A DNA stretch of 63,048 bases, filler included. It is 10 parts of 10 records of this genome, joined end to end, with 100 filler letters (N's around TTAATTAATTAA, not from the genome) between each part and the next. Parts side by side here need not be neighbours in the genome. Positions count along the whole stretch, not along the records: positions 9,201 to 21,209 come from SRR7504441_9387; positions 21,310 to 26,852 come from SRR7504441_9389; 8 more parts are not named here. One strand, 5' to 3'. Both the position numbers and the translations under genes were made by a program. Positions 10,096-22,936 of this stretch are shown in pieces. The notes under the pieces were generated by a model. The model searched no databases. It saw only the letters and a list, made by a program, of their open reading frames with translations, and was not told the DNA's origin. Every line of letters starts with the position of its first letter. The first letter of the stretch is position 1.

Positions 10096-13000
10096 ATGAG
10101 CGCTCCTCCGGCCTGCCCGGAGGCTGCGGCGTGGCAGGCGGCGGTGCGGGCGGCGGAGGCAGCTGCTGTCCCGAGGAACTGCTGCCTCCGCCCGGCCGCC
10201 GCACTCGAGCTGCTGTGCGGCAATCCGCGGCGGGCCAGGAACGCGGGCGCCGTCAAGGTGTTCCTCTCGTCGACGTTCAACGACACCCAGGCCGAGCGCA
10301 ACTACCTGATGGAGTGGGTGTGGCCTGAGATCCGCGAGCGCTGCCTGGCCAAGGGGCTCAAGCTCCGGGTGCTCGACTTCCGTTGGGGGATCGTCGACCA
10401 GGCCCAGCGGGAGCACACCATCACCCAGATTTGCATCGACGAGATCGTCAACTGCCAGACCGGATCGATCGGCCCCGCAGTCATCTATCTGGGCACCCAG
10501 CGCTACGGTGCCCGCCGCCCCCGGCCGCCGCCCCAGCACCGCTGCAGGCTGGCGCCCGCTGCCGGCCTCGGTGCCCGAGCGCGAGTTAGAGCGAGTGGTG
10601 GCCAAGCTCGACCCGACCAGCCCAGACTACCGGCTGGTCAAGCAGTGGTCTCGGCCGGGCTGGCCGGGCTGACGCGCGGCAGGTACCGGCTGGACAAGAA
10701 TGTGCAGCTGGATGGGTCGGCCGGATGGGAGTGTAGGTACGTGCTGCAGCCGCTCAACGATATGATCCCGGAGCTGCGCCAGACCGAGCGGCCGGCCGGG
10801 CTGAGCGAGGCGCTGTTCAAGCAGCAGCAGGAGCGCGGGCTGCAGAGGTGGAACGAGATTCAGTCAGAGCTGATGCGGATCCTTTGCTCAGCCGGTGGGG
10901 CGGTCGCGAGGGCCGGACTGGACAGCGCTGAGCTGATGCGCTGGACGACCTGCGTGACCGAGCAGGAGATGCACGCCGGGCTGCGGCTGCCGGAGAGGGT
11001 GCTCTGCTTCGACAGGGAGATCAACGGTCTGCACTCGCATGTCAACTGGTGCGGGCCTTGAGTCAGCCAGCATGAGCACGGGCAGGCCTCAGCTTTGCAA
11101 GTTCACCAATGCGGACGAGCACGGCCGTGAGATCAAACAGATGACCGGCCTGCTCGACAAGATGAAGAAACACATCTTCCAAACAGTGATAGCAGCCCCT
11201 AAGCGCCGACTGAGAGGACAGTGCAGGTCCCGGCTGCAAACGTGCAGCGGTACAAGGTGGACTGGGACAGCGCGGGGGTGCACATGGCCAACCCAAGCCA
11301 GGCCGAGTACATCAGGCGGATGTGCGCGGACCTCCGGTCGATGATGCTTGGGATGATTGAGCAGGAGTACGCTGCCAGCCCTGTGAACACTCCCTTGATG
11401 AGGGAAGTCAACCATCACGCGCTGATCTGCGCTCAACGGGCCCGCGGGTTCGAATCGCGCCGCTGGCTGCTCGACAGCGTGCGCGACTTGATGGTGCAGC
11501 GGCTGCAGGGTACGTCCGGCTGCTGGCCGAGCGTCTGACCTGCGACAGGCCGATCACGACACAACACTCCAATTGTGATCTGGGGGCATTCGGGCTCTGG
11601 CAAGACTAGTTTGCTGGCCAAGCTAGCCTGGGACACCTCCAACGACAAGGTCGACCCTTGTGCTTGCTGCCGCTCACCCTGTGCAGGAGCTGACTGTCGA
11701 GCCGCCGATTGTGCTTCTGCGGTATTGTGGCACGTCCGCCAACTCGTCCAGTGCCAGGCCGCTGCTGGAGAGCCTCTGCGACCAACTGGAAGCCGCATTG
11801 CAGCTCGAGCACCTGGACGGCTCGAATCGAGCCGATGCAGTGGGCTACAAAGCCCTGAGCTCCCACTGGGACCACTTGCTCAGGCTGGCAGCTAGACACG
11901 GTCGAACGGTTTTTGTTTTTGTCGACGCGCTCGACCAGCTGACCGATGAAGCGTACGGGCGCTCGCGGCTCGGGTGGTTGCCACAGTCAGGACTGCCGCA
12001 GCAGGTGGTGATTGTGGTTTCAACCCTCCCAGATGAAAGATTTGGCGCCTTCCAGGAGCTGCAACGTCGCGTCGCCCCAAAACCTGAATTCATTGAGGTG
12101 CCGACGCTGCTCGGGAACGAGCTGAGTGATATCCTCGAATCTTTGCTCAGCCATCACCACCGCAAATTGCAAGACTATCAGAGGGCTGAGCTTGAGGCTG
12201 CAGCTGCTGTCAAGCCCACCACAGTGCTCAAACTTCGGCTGCTCTGTGACGAGGCATTCCGGTGGCGCTCATACGATCCATTGGAGAGCTGCAGATTACC
12301 AGTGGATGTCAAGTCGATCATTGCGGCGATCTTTGACCGAGTGGAAGTATGCCACGGTCCAGTGCTAGTCAGCAGATGCTTTGCATACCTGGCTGCTTCT
12401 AGGTGTGGGCTTTCAGAGGATGAACTCGTGGATATCTTGAGCATTGACGAAGAGGTGCTAGATGCTGTGCTCATGTGGTGGGAGCCTCCGCAGCGTCGAG
12501 TTCCCTTGGTTGTCTTTATTTATTTACGAAATGCAGTAGCGCATTACCTTGTGGACCGAGGGGAGATCACCTGGCATCACCGCCAGTTCTCTGAATGTGC
12601 CAGGGAGCGGTACCTCAACCCAAGCAAGCCCGAGGAACTCCAGCAAAGAGCTGCAACACTTGCACTGTACTTTAGTGGCAAGGCAGCTGAGCTGAAGGAG
12701 ACAAAGACAGGTGCTCCTTTTGTAAGCAGCCGCAACATCCCGCTCCAGCCGCTGTACCATGGGGACATCCCGAACTTGCGTAAGCTATCAGAGCTGCCAG
12801 CAGCTTACACTCGAGCCAAGATGCTTACAGAGTTGTGTTCACTCCTGACGGATCTCGAGTTCATTAAAGCAAAGTGTTGTGCCAGCATGGTTTATGAGCT
12901 TGTGGAGGACTATCGTGCCGCCCTTTCCTTGATGAAGACCTGTATAGAGGAGCAAGGTGCCACATCACCACGGGCAGTGACGCTGGCATTGTCAAACTGT

Positions 13001-16000
13001 CCGACTGCACCTTGTGTCGCATCAGCGGAAGGGGTGCTCCCTTTAGAACAGCTCGAAGAGCTCTGCGACAGCCTAAAATCACACTATGACTTCATGCTAC
13101 GGAATATCCATTTTCTTGTGTCGCAGCCGCACCTCGTGATTCAGCAGGCGTTTAATGAGCCTGCCAACTCTCCACTATGCCAAGCTGCGGAGCGCTACCT
13201 CCAAATGAATGAGCATGAAAGTGAGCAGGCGATTGTGCGATGGAGACATCGACCCATGCAGCAGCAGGAAGCAAAGACAACACTTGTGGTGACACAAAAG
13301 GGTGAGGCGGTCACTAGTTGCTGCTTCATGCATAACGACGAGGTGCTGGTGACTGGTTCGGCCAACAAGCTGGTGAGCATGTTTGATTTGAGAACTGGTC
13401 GAATAAGAACCTCGTTATCTGGTCACAAAGACATTGTTACCTGTGTCGCGGCAAGCCCAGACAATCAGTGGATTGCCAGTGGGGACTTTTCGCATTGTAT
13501 CATACTCTGGAATGCACACACTGGTAAGAGGCTCGCAGAAAAAGTAGCATTTTATAGTGGGGGGCATGCTACTGGTGTATATTTGATGAAATTCACAGCT
13601 GATTCGACCCGTTTACTGACTGCCAGTGGTACAGATTGTCCCACAGGATCGCCCGTTGGCTGCGTCACAGTATGGAGTGTTGGGCATCCAGAGAGGCATT
13701 TGATCAAATTAGATGTACCACTTGCCTTTGGTTGTGAGCGTGTAGTATATTGGTTCTCAGATGATGGCTCTCAAGCTCTAGTGAAGCATGATGCTGAAAA
13801 GTCGACTACGTTCATGGATATGGCTCCAGAGTGTTGGGAGTTGTGGGATGTTAGTGTAAGCTCTGAATGGGACCCTGAAGAGACAGGGGATCAAGTACTT
13901 GGATACTATCCCCAATATGGCAGGAATGCCCCGAGCCAGATATGGGAGGGCTACACTATATCGGGAGCTGAAAACCGCTATGACTTAACTTCGAGAAGCT
14001 TGACTAGAGCGCAGCGAATGCTGAAAGAGACCGCGCGTGGACGGAAGATCTTTGCAGATTACATCGAGAAATTTGGCACCACTTACTTTCCACTTGGGGA
14101 AGGCTTTGCAATGGAGCGAAGCTTGCACACTTGGCCTCTCCGCGAGTACAGCTATGCTTTCGTGTCGCCGATCTCTTCGGCATCCAGTATCCCGCTGCTT
14201 TTTAATGTACAATCAATCCCTCAATGGCCGTGGGGTCTTTCAAATTGCGGCTGGAGCCCAGGTCCGATTGACCATGTCTTAAACCAATCTAGCAGTGCTC
14301 AATTTGTAGTGGCCACATCGGGCTCACTTGTGGTTGGCTGGGATAACAACGTGCTGCGAACCTGGACATTAGATCTGAATGTCCCGCTTGTTCAACATTC
14401 ACAAGTTGTCAAATATACAGTTGGCGACTTGGTTCTGTACACATCACGTAGCACTGGGACACAACTGCCAGGCATAGTGACCAGGGTTTATGGTGATGGT
14501 ACAGTTGTTTTAAATCCCCGTAGGGTGGAGGGAGAAGAGGAATTAAGACTGAACCCGGGATTTCATGTAGCTCCGGGTGATATGGATAGCATCGTGCTAG
14601 TCGATTCGGCTCAAGCCGGAGCAGAAGCTGGGGGCGAGGCTAAGGTCGGAGCAGAAATGCACACAACAAGTTATATAGTGGCTGGTGCAGGTTCAATTAT
14701 AGTAAATGGCAAGTATGTGAAGGTAAAGGCCGAGAAAAAAGATGATGTGGCCTACTACAAGCATGAGACAGAAGATTACATTCTTTTCCGGTACCAGATG
14801 AACAATGGAGCTAAGTACTGGTACATTAGTAGCAGCAGGAGCATTCAAAGCCAATCTTCGGGCGATCACTACCGCTGCAGATCCTTTGCCGACCTGCCTC
14901 CATGCGATATGGAATGGACAAATCGATTGTGTCCTGATGGCAAAGCCCCAGCGCCAAGAATCCGCATGCAGGAACATACTGGGGGGGTTGCAGAGGTGCC
15001 CGAAGAACAAGAATCAGTGGGAAAGGAGGCTGATGGGCCACTTGTTGAGAAGCCATCCGACGATGACATTCTTGAGGCACTCAGGGAATTGTTTGACGCA
15101 GGGAAAGTGCCGGAATTCATCACTGAAATGGTGGAAGATGAACAGCTTCATTACCGCGATGTGTCGAGTTCTCCACTCTGTACACCCGAGCTCGCGGCTT
15201 TGATACAGGAAGGAGCCCTGCGTTTCTGTCGACAGAGATTGGCAAAAAGAGGCGAATCCGGCCTCAAAAGTGTCGAGGAGATAGATGAAGAGAACGAAAG
15301 GAGAGAAAAGGACGCGATAGCTAAAAGTCTCACTGTACATACAGATCGTGTGAGCCATCAGAATGACGAGCAAGACAGAAAGGAGCCGTCAAGTACAGAA
15401 TTTAGTGGCATAGATATGAGTAATTCGATAGAGCTGAGGCAATCAGTAGAGGTTTGTTTGGAGACAGAGGAATTTAGTGGCATAGATCTGAGGGATTCGA
15501 TAGATATGAGGCAATCAGTAGAGCTCAGTTTGGAGACAGAGCAGACACGAGTTGATACCGCCGAAAGGGATGCCGATGGCTCCCCAGATGATGGTATTGC
15601 CGAGTCAGAATCGCATTCACTGAACCTGTACAGGGCAAGATATACTGGCCATAAGCAGGCGATTAGACAGTGTGTCATCTCTCAACAGGAAAAATTGGTT
15701 GCTAGTGTGAGCGAAGACGGCACCAGCAAAATCTGGGAGATTTCAGAAGGTCAGCCAGAGATGACAGGGATGGCTGTAGTAGACGGGCAGCTTCGTGGCT
15801 GCAGCACACTTCAGCTCGACCCTGAGAGCGATACTGCAATTGCTGCTGCAGTCTTTAATTCCAGGAATATTGAGGTGGTGCGTTTGGACAGTAGCTATCC
15901 TACAGTGATCCAGATGCTTGAGGGCCACCTTGAGTCCATCTTCTCTGTCGTGTTAAGTGCCGACTGCCGTCTTTTGGCAAGTTGTGGCTCTGACTCGACA

Positions 16001-19000
16001 ATATCCATATGGGGGGTAAACAGCGGAGAGGAACTGATACGAATGGCCTACATGGGGACACATGCAGTCATTGGTGTTTCATTTTCTTCTTGTGGAGACA
16101 TTTTGGCATCAGTTGGGACGGACTGTATAGTACGCTTGTGGAAGTTTGATGTCGACAAGCGATCACATGCTCAAATTGCTGGCCTTGGTGGCCATAACCA
16201 CTGGACTGTATCGTGTACATTCAATGCTGACTCGACTTTGGTTGCCTCAGGTGGCCTTGATGGTCGAGTACTAATTCACACAAGGAGTCCGGAGAGTGAA
16301 CAGGAATGGCAGGTCCTAGAAGAAATTAAAGAGTGCTCCGATGGGCTTGCTTGCCTTTCGTTTTCGCATCCTGGTGATCTACACCAGCGGCTGCTGGGTG
16401 GAGGCGAATCGGGCGGGCTTGCTGTCTGGCAGCTTGAGAATGGCAATACATCGAGCGTTCACTTGAAATGCTTCTCGAGTGTGGTCAATGAATGTATCTT
16501 TGGTCCGGTAGGAAGTTCTCTGACATTAGCTTCGTCTCTAGAAGAAAAGTGTGTTGGAATTTGGCTGATCCAGCAAGACTCAAACGGGGTGCTGATTAGC
16601 GAATCAGTGGCGTTTTACACTCTTGCTATGGTCCCAGACTTGTGTTCTCTAGCGCTTCACCCTGACGGGCAGGGACAGCTTGTTGCATACTCGTCATCAG
16701 GCCAGATCTTCGATCTTGAGCTCAATGGGTTAGGACAAATCAACAAGTCGTCCATCAGCAGTAAGCAGTCTGCTCATAAGCACAGCTGGACTGCAAAGTT
16801 CCGTCGTCATGCTAGGACCTGCAGGCTAGCCTGTGGTAGTGTGGAAATTGATGGGGTGTACACTAATACAGACGGCATTGCTGTCAGAGCAGCCTGGAAG
16901 AAAGACAGCCATGATCAAAGTCGCGCTCCATACGAAATATGGCATGACAATGGGCTTTGGAGAGTTGGGAGGCAAACTGAACTCTGGTACGTATGTAAAA
17001 GTGATGACGCGGTGCCGCCATCTGAAGGTTGGCAGCTTGCAAGGGAGCACAGCTTTGACGAAGCTGACGTTCAGTGCTCGGATCGGGCGCATGAGCCGGC
17101 TCCGCAATGCATAGTTGACGATGCAAGGAAGTATGAGTTCTTTGCAGCTCGCTATTGGACAGAACACAGCCTGCCCCTGGACATCAACAGACACTGGCCA
17201 CGAGAAAAGGACGCAGCCCACAGAAACACATTCCAATTTGGAGGTTTCTACAACTCAGTCAAGTCAAGTGCTCCATCGATTTCTTTTGAGCAGCAGATGC
17301 CACCCGGAGAGTACGAAGTGCAGTGGCGGATCAAAGTAACAAGTCAGCGCCATCAGTATTACACCGTTCCTGACCTGCTGTTCACTGCAACAGTAGATGG
17401 GTTCCCGGCCGAGGGGATGCGAACGTTGGTTGGCCGAAAGAAGCAGATGGAAGAGTATCCAGAAGGCTACCACGATATCTCTACTGGCATATTGCGGGTA
17501 GTCACGGGGAGGTTGAAGAGTGCTAGGGTCTGTCTCACAATGACTTGCTCTGAGCTTTTGACTGGCAAAGGATACGCAGTTGGAGGATATTGGGTAGACT
17601 CGATCAAAATTCGGCCGTGCAAACCCCTTCTAGGCAGACCTATGCTGTCGCGCGCCAGACATCTTGACATGCGTCGTACTGATACGCGGAATGACAAAGT
17701 ACCCAAGGTCTCGATCGAAAAGCCAAAGGGTGTAGCTGTTCACTCAGATCTCGGACCGATCTTATGCGACGTTACAGGGATGAGCCCAATCATTGGGAGA
17801 CGATACAAAAAAAAAGGCGAGAATTATGACTTATGCCACGAAGCTTGGATGCAGCTTGATACAGAGGACCAGACAAACTACCTGTGCATTGAGCAGGAGT
17901 GGGAATATCAGGGTCAAGACCTGCGCTCTAGTTCGTCAGACGTTCAAATTCCTGTTTGCATCCAGAATGTCCGAGCAACATCTATTGAGGTGCGGTGGGT
18001 GGACTTTGAAGGGCAGGACGACGAAGTTCTGACAGTGCTTCCTGGGGGAGAAAGTTACCAGCTGACAGCCAATTCTGGCAATGTATTCCGGTTTTATTGC
18101 ACCGTGACATCTGAGTATGTCTGGCATGTGCAAGTAGACCCGAACTCCAGTAACATTACAGTGGGATACCGGAGGTGGGAAAGGTCTGAGGATGGTAGAG
18201 TGCTCCCGGCCTTAGCCAATGCGCATTCGACTGCATCTTCAGCACAGGAATGTCACGACCCGGTGTCTTGCATCAAGGTCAAAAGTCGTAACAGCAACTT
18301 TGCTGTTGATTTTGTGTACTCCAGTGGCCAACATCGACGTTCGATATTTCCGGAGGGACAGTGTTGTCATCGTATAGAAGCTATTCGAGTGTGTAGTGGC
18401 GATTTTATCGACCAAATCGTCTTCAGGTTGGACTCTATGCATGGTGATAGCCCCCTGCTTGCGTTTGGCGATGAGGGTGGAACGTGGTACCCTCCGGTGA
18501 TTCTGGAGCCGCGTGAGGTTGTTTCTTCTGTTGAGTACAAGCAGCGCAGCTTCTTAGATGCAATTCGCTTTTGCTTGTTAGATGAAGCGAGCGGTGAGAG
18601 GCGCTTTACTGCCTGGTTTGGACATCCGGAGCATGAAGAGGGTCAGATTGAAACCGTAACAGCACCAGAAGGCCATTCCATCTGGTGCCTGGAGCGCCGT
18701 GGGCCCAACAATGACTGGTGTGCCTGCATAGCAAACGTGACGTTTATGGATCACTCTGGTTGGATCGAGCATCCTACCTTTATGTTATCATCCGACTTTC
18801 CTCGCGATTACTTAGTCGAGGTATCCATATGGAAGGGGGTGGTGCAGTTGAAGAGTGCACATGGTGCTACTTCACCCTTTTACCATTCCACAATGAGTCT
18901 GCAGTGCTTTGACGCATCCGGGAATACAACAGACGCCCATGGAGATTACGATCCTGACGGTAATCTCAACAACCGGCCCAAATGGAAGAGCAGAACTTCG

Positions 19001-21209
19001 TCCATGTTTGTCTATTGGGCGTATGGCTTATGGAGGGTTGCCAAATCCAATGACAATTTGGTAGAGGCCGAACCCATTTATATCTGTGCCGGTGATGATT
19101 ATATCCCCCCCGTGGACGCTTGGCAACACATAGGCTCGCGGTCTGAGATCCACGCAAAACTGGAGTCAAGCGTCGCATTCTCAGGCAGAAGGTTGTCCCG
19201 CACACCAACCCCCGCAGATGCCCCACAGGTAGCGGAGGAACAGATCACTTACATCCATGAGGACATTGTGTCGGCGAAAGTTCCAGCTGGAGCTGTCCTG
19301 ACATCCATATTCTGTCACTTAAAGGATCAAGACGAAAGCATTGGGTCAGCTGAACCTGTGTCGTTTCAGTTGGTCAGGGAGCCGGGCCATCAGGTGATGC
19401 AGTTACCTGTTTCCACAAGAAGTATTTACATCGAATCGCCGTCACCCTTGGTAGACGGTTGTGACACTGCACAAACCCCTGAATCGCGAATCACGTTGCA
19501 GGCAGTCCTGCGGGAATCCTCTGGCTCAGCAACCACCTGCCTGGAAGCAGACCTTGTGCTATTAGTTCACCAAGAGAGCGGTGCTGATCCTTCTGAGACC
19601 TCTGAAAATTTCCCACCCGTAGTTACATGGCCTACAGATGGACCGGAGTTTCAAGTTTTTAGTGCCACTGCAGAGACATGCATTGTTGGGATTAATCCTT
19701 CTGCAGGGTGTGGTCTGCAGCTCCTTGAGCAGTCGATTCCAGAGCATTGGTACGATAGTGTCAAGAGCAGACAAACGGTTTCACTCAAAGCTGGAATGCA
19801 AGTGCTTGTCTGGACTAGAGAGGTAAAGAACTGGAGGGTAGGGGAGGTCCAAATGCTTTTTCCGTGTCGAAATACTGTCTCAGTTGCCCTCAAACGCGAG
19901 AGTGAGCCTATCGAGGTCCCGTTACATCATCTAGCCACTAGCATGAACCAAGAGATGACCATTTCTAAGAACATGCAAGTCCTGACACGCGAAAATGGCC
20001 AATGGGTGTGTTCTGTAGTCCTAAGATGTCGTGGATCCAAGGCATTGTTGCGTATTACTGACTCGGTGTTTCGCTCAGTGGACGCACCGCATCTAACTGT
20101 CGGAGCGCATATAATGCGCCAGATTGAGAACGCATGTCTGATACACACAGATGTAATGCCGCAGCCCAATGAGGTGAAGTTGCAGGACGATCTTCGAATC
20201 GACTCTGACCTGAGATGCTTCTTCCTTGTGGACCTCACAAAGCGAGAGTGGCGAGCTGCTCACCTGCTAAAGCTCGATGCCAGTGAAGCGTCTGTGTTCT
20301 GTGATGGAGAGCAAGAATCTATTGTTTGTGATCCGCACGAAGTTATTGTAGATAAGCGAGTGGTTCCATCTGATGTTAAAGTAGGCGATCGAGTGTTGAG
20401 AGTATCCAGCGAAGGGGCGATGGAGAGTGCTATAATTAATTTGCACGGCTCAAGTGCGGTGACAAGCCTTCACTGTGCGACTATGGGATACGATGGCAGC
20501 GAGGCTTTGTCACTTGCTCGAGATCTTCGTCAGTTGAATGTGCATTTTGATCATACTTCTACCGATCTCCAGGAGGCTCTCGCGATCGCTGCGACAAAGT
20601 GGCAGCATACTGCACAAAAAATGCGAAGTGAGGAGAGGCCTGGTGACGAAGACAAGGGTCTGAAGGGACAAACGTTGTCAAGCATTTCTCCTTTCTATGT
20701 GTCAGACGCTACAGAGTCTGCGAAGCCAATTCTGTCGATCAATGGGTCGCCGGCGCCCCCAGTATGGCTATGGAGTGCCTTCTCGGGCGAACTGCTTGAT
20801 CCATTCGTGGAAGCGCATGGCCAGCCTCAAGGCTCAGGTGCTGCTTTTGCTCAGATGCGCTGGCTTCTCAAGCGGCTATCTTGCGATCCACTGAATCAGA
20901 CCAGGGCATCAAAATACCTCACATATTGGGGCAATGTGCAGGTTGAGCTGTTGGAGCAGGTAGGAACTTTGCTATTCCAGGCAGAGTTGTACTACTTCGG
21001 CCTGAAGTCATGCTTTGATCAGCAGAAGGAACAAGTTGATCCCGAGAAACTCGCTTGTCTCATCGAAATGCTTGCTCGTGATTTCAGGTACTTGAAGTCC
21101 GGCGAGAAGCGATTACTGCCTGGAGGTTGGTGTGACCCAGACAATGTAGAAACATCTCTCGTGTACATAGTGGAAAAGGGTAGTGATAGCACATATGTCT
21201 TCCAGGTCA
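10096..21209 (+). CDS. Giant NWD1/TEP1-like STAND protein: DUF4062-like N-terminus, NACHT NTPase, WD40 repeats, many accessory domains; 3' truncated
   Basis: VKVFLSSTFNDTQAERNYL...DFRWG, Walker A GHSGSGKTS, Walker B VFVFVDALDQL, and WD40 repeats (GHKDIVTCVAASPDNQWIASG, GHLESIFSVVLSADCRLLASCGSDSTISIW). Six mini-introns before about 11690, then one exon of about 9.5 kb. Confidence 0.88.
15398..15541 (+). repeat. In-frame 72-bp tandem duplication (24 aa x2)
   Basis: EFSGIDMSNSIELRQSVEVCLETE / EFSGIDLRDSIDMRQSVELSLETE, with high nucleotide identity. Confidence 0.9.
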
Positions 21210-21452
21210 NNNNNNNNNNNNNNNNNNNNNNNNNNNNNNNNNNNNNNNNNNNNTTAATTAATTAANNNNNNNNNNNNNNNNNNNNNNNNNNNNNNNNNNN
21301 NNNNNNNNNGGCACCGTGATTACCCTCGATCGCACGCTCGGTACCTGGTACGACCGTACGAGTACAGCTGTACCTGTATGTAGATCTACCCCATAAATCG
21401 TAAGCCATTAAAAAAAAAAAAGCATTCGTGAGTCTAAAGATGGTGTCGTGGC

Positions 21453-21959
21453 ATGGATAAAGCGGAGGAGGAGGCGTACGAGGGGTTCCTCCGGCGGCTG
21501 GAGACGGGCGGGGTGGTGGAGGCGCTCACGGATGTGCTGGCGCTCATGTACCGCACGGGTGACCGGCCAGAGGACGGGCAGGAGTTTGTCAAAAAGTACT
21601 TTGCAGATATGCTGGTCTGGCGGTGCGAGCACAGGATCAAGCAGCAGCAGGAGGAGATACAGGAGCTGCAGGACAAGGCGACCGACCTGCGCGACACGAT
21701 CAAATACGCCGGTTCCGCCCCGAGGGCGAAGCGCCCTCCGAAGCAAGCGCACAGCGAAGAGGCGGAGGGCAAAGCCCCACCCCAGGAGAAGAAGAAGCCG
21801 AGCAAGAAGAAGCCCGCGCCGGCAGCGGGGGAGGCGCCGGCAGTGGAGGTGGCACCGGCAGTGGAGGAGGCAGACGCGCCCAAGCCTAAGAAGAAGGGCA
21901 AGGAGGGGGAATGGTTCAAGGGCGAGGAGCCGGCGGCTGAGGCGGCGGCTGCCGAGTGA
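21453..21959 (+). CDS. MYCBP/AMY-1-like (RIIa/DPY30-type dimerisation domain) protein
   Basis: FLRRLETGGVVEALTDVLALMYRTGDRPEDGQEFVKKYF resembles the MYCBP N-terminus, followed by a coiled coil and an A/E/K/P-rich tail. Confidence 0.7.
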   Translation: MDKAEEEAYEGFLRRLETGGVVEALTDVLALMYRTGDRPEDGQEFVKKYFADMLVWRCEHRIKQQQEEIQELQDKATDLRDTIKYAGSAPRAKRPPKQAHSEEAEGKAPPQEKKKPSKKKPAPAAGEAPAVEVAPAVEEADAPKPKKKGKEGEWFKGEEPAAEAAAAE

Positions 21960-22047
21960 AACAAGGCAGCGGCCGGCGCGGGGTGGACCAGATTCCAGGC
22001 GTCTGAGACAAGAATTGTTATGTTTTGATATTGTACAGCACCGCACC

Positions 22048-22067
22048 AAAAGCCAATAAAAAGCCAA
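22048..22067. repeat. 9-TA-9 scar AAAAGCCAA-TA-AAAAGCCAA
   Basis: Read directly from the sequence. Confidence 0.9.
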
Positions 22068-22174
22068 CGATATCTAGCACAACGACAGGCCGCCACTTCA
22101 GCGTATTGTTATAAAATTACAACACATGTCAATCATCGGCCTCCTTGCCCAACACTGCGCGCTGCCCGCTGAGC

Positions 22175-22884
22175 TCACCAGTCTTGACTAGCTTGATCAG
22201 GAGTCGGCTCCAGCTCGACTGACAACCCGTCCTCCCCGTGCTCGGCCCACAGGTAAGCCACCTGCAACTGCTCACCGGCCACCCGCAAGCACCACGCGCC
22301 GTGCTCCGCGTCTTGAGGATGGCCCTCACCAGCCGGGTGTGCCCCGGCTCCTCCTCATGCTGCCCACGCCGCACTCAGCGCAGACGCCATCGACGGCCCA
22401 CACCACTAGCCGAATGATATTAAAGTCGCGGTCATGCAGCAGCAAGATCGCCGGGATCATCCGCCCAATCCCGCCCTCGGCGTCCGACGAGTTGTCCAGC
22501 GGCGCTTGGGCCTGGCCACCAGCCGGCTCGGGCGCACCGCCGGCCGGCGCCCCACCTTCAGCACGCAGCGCCCGCCGCGCCAGCCGGGCCCGGGGTCAGC
22601 AGGGAGCGCGTTGAACCGCCCAGCCGCCCAACTCAGCCCCCGGCCTGCTGGGGGCTCAGCACGGCCCGGGGAGGCCGCTGACCGCGGTCGCTCAGTCCGA
22701 CGGCGCGGAGCGGCCCGCCGTCGCGGTCGGCGCTCAGCACCGAATGGTCCGACCGATGCCTGCCGGGCCGGTCGGGCGGGTCGGCCAGCTGGGGCTACGG
22801 CAGCTCGACCACCGCAGGACTCGAGGAAGGCACCCGGCACATCCACCTGCGGGATGCCAATCCGCGAGTCGCGACCCGGAGCAT
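22175..22884 (-). CDS. Small hypothetical protein, multi-exon, possible mitochondrial targeting peptide
   Basis: MLRVATRGLASR start. Spliced C-terminus VLKAQAP...ILLLHDRDFNIIRLV...VAYLWAEHGEDGLSVELEPTPDQASQDW* uses GT-AG and one GC-AG mini-intron. 5' exon structure uncertain. Confidence 0.5.
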
Positions 22885-22936
22885 GGCTCTGGTAACGGAA
22901 GCGCGGAAGAGTTCACGCCTGCCCCAGCACTGCAGG

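Noticed and set aside
9502-10605. Long overlapping antisense ORFs (also 28288-29223, 33055-33831, 44600-45034, 58611-59099)
   Set aside because: Shadow ORFs expected in high-GC coding DNA. Only one strand has recognisable protein motifs at each position.
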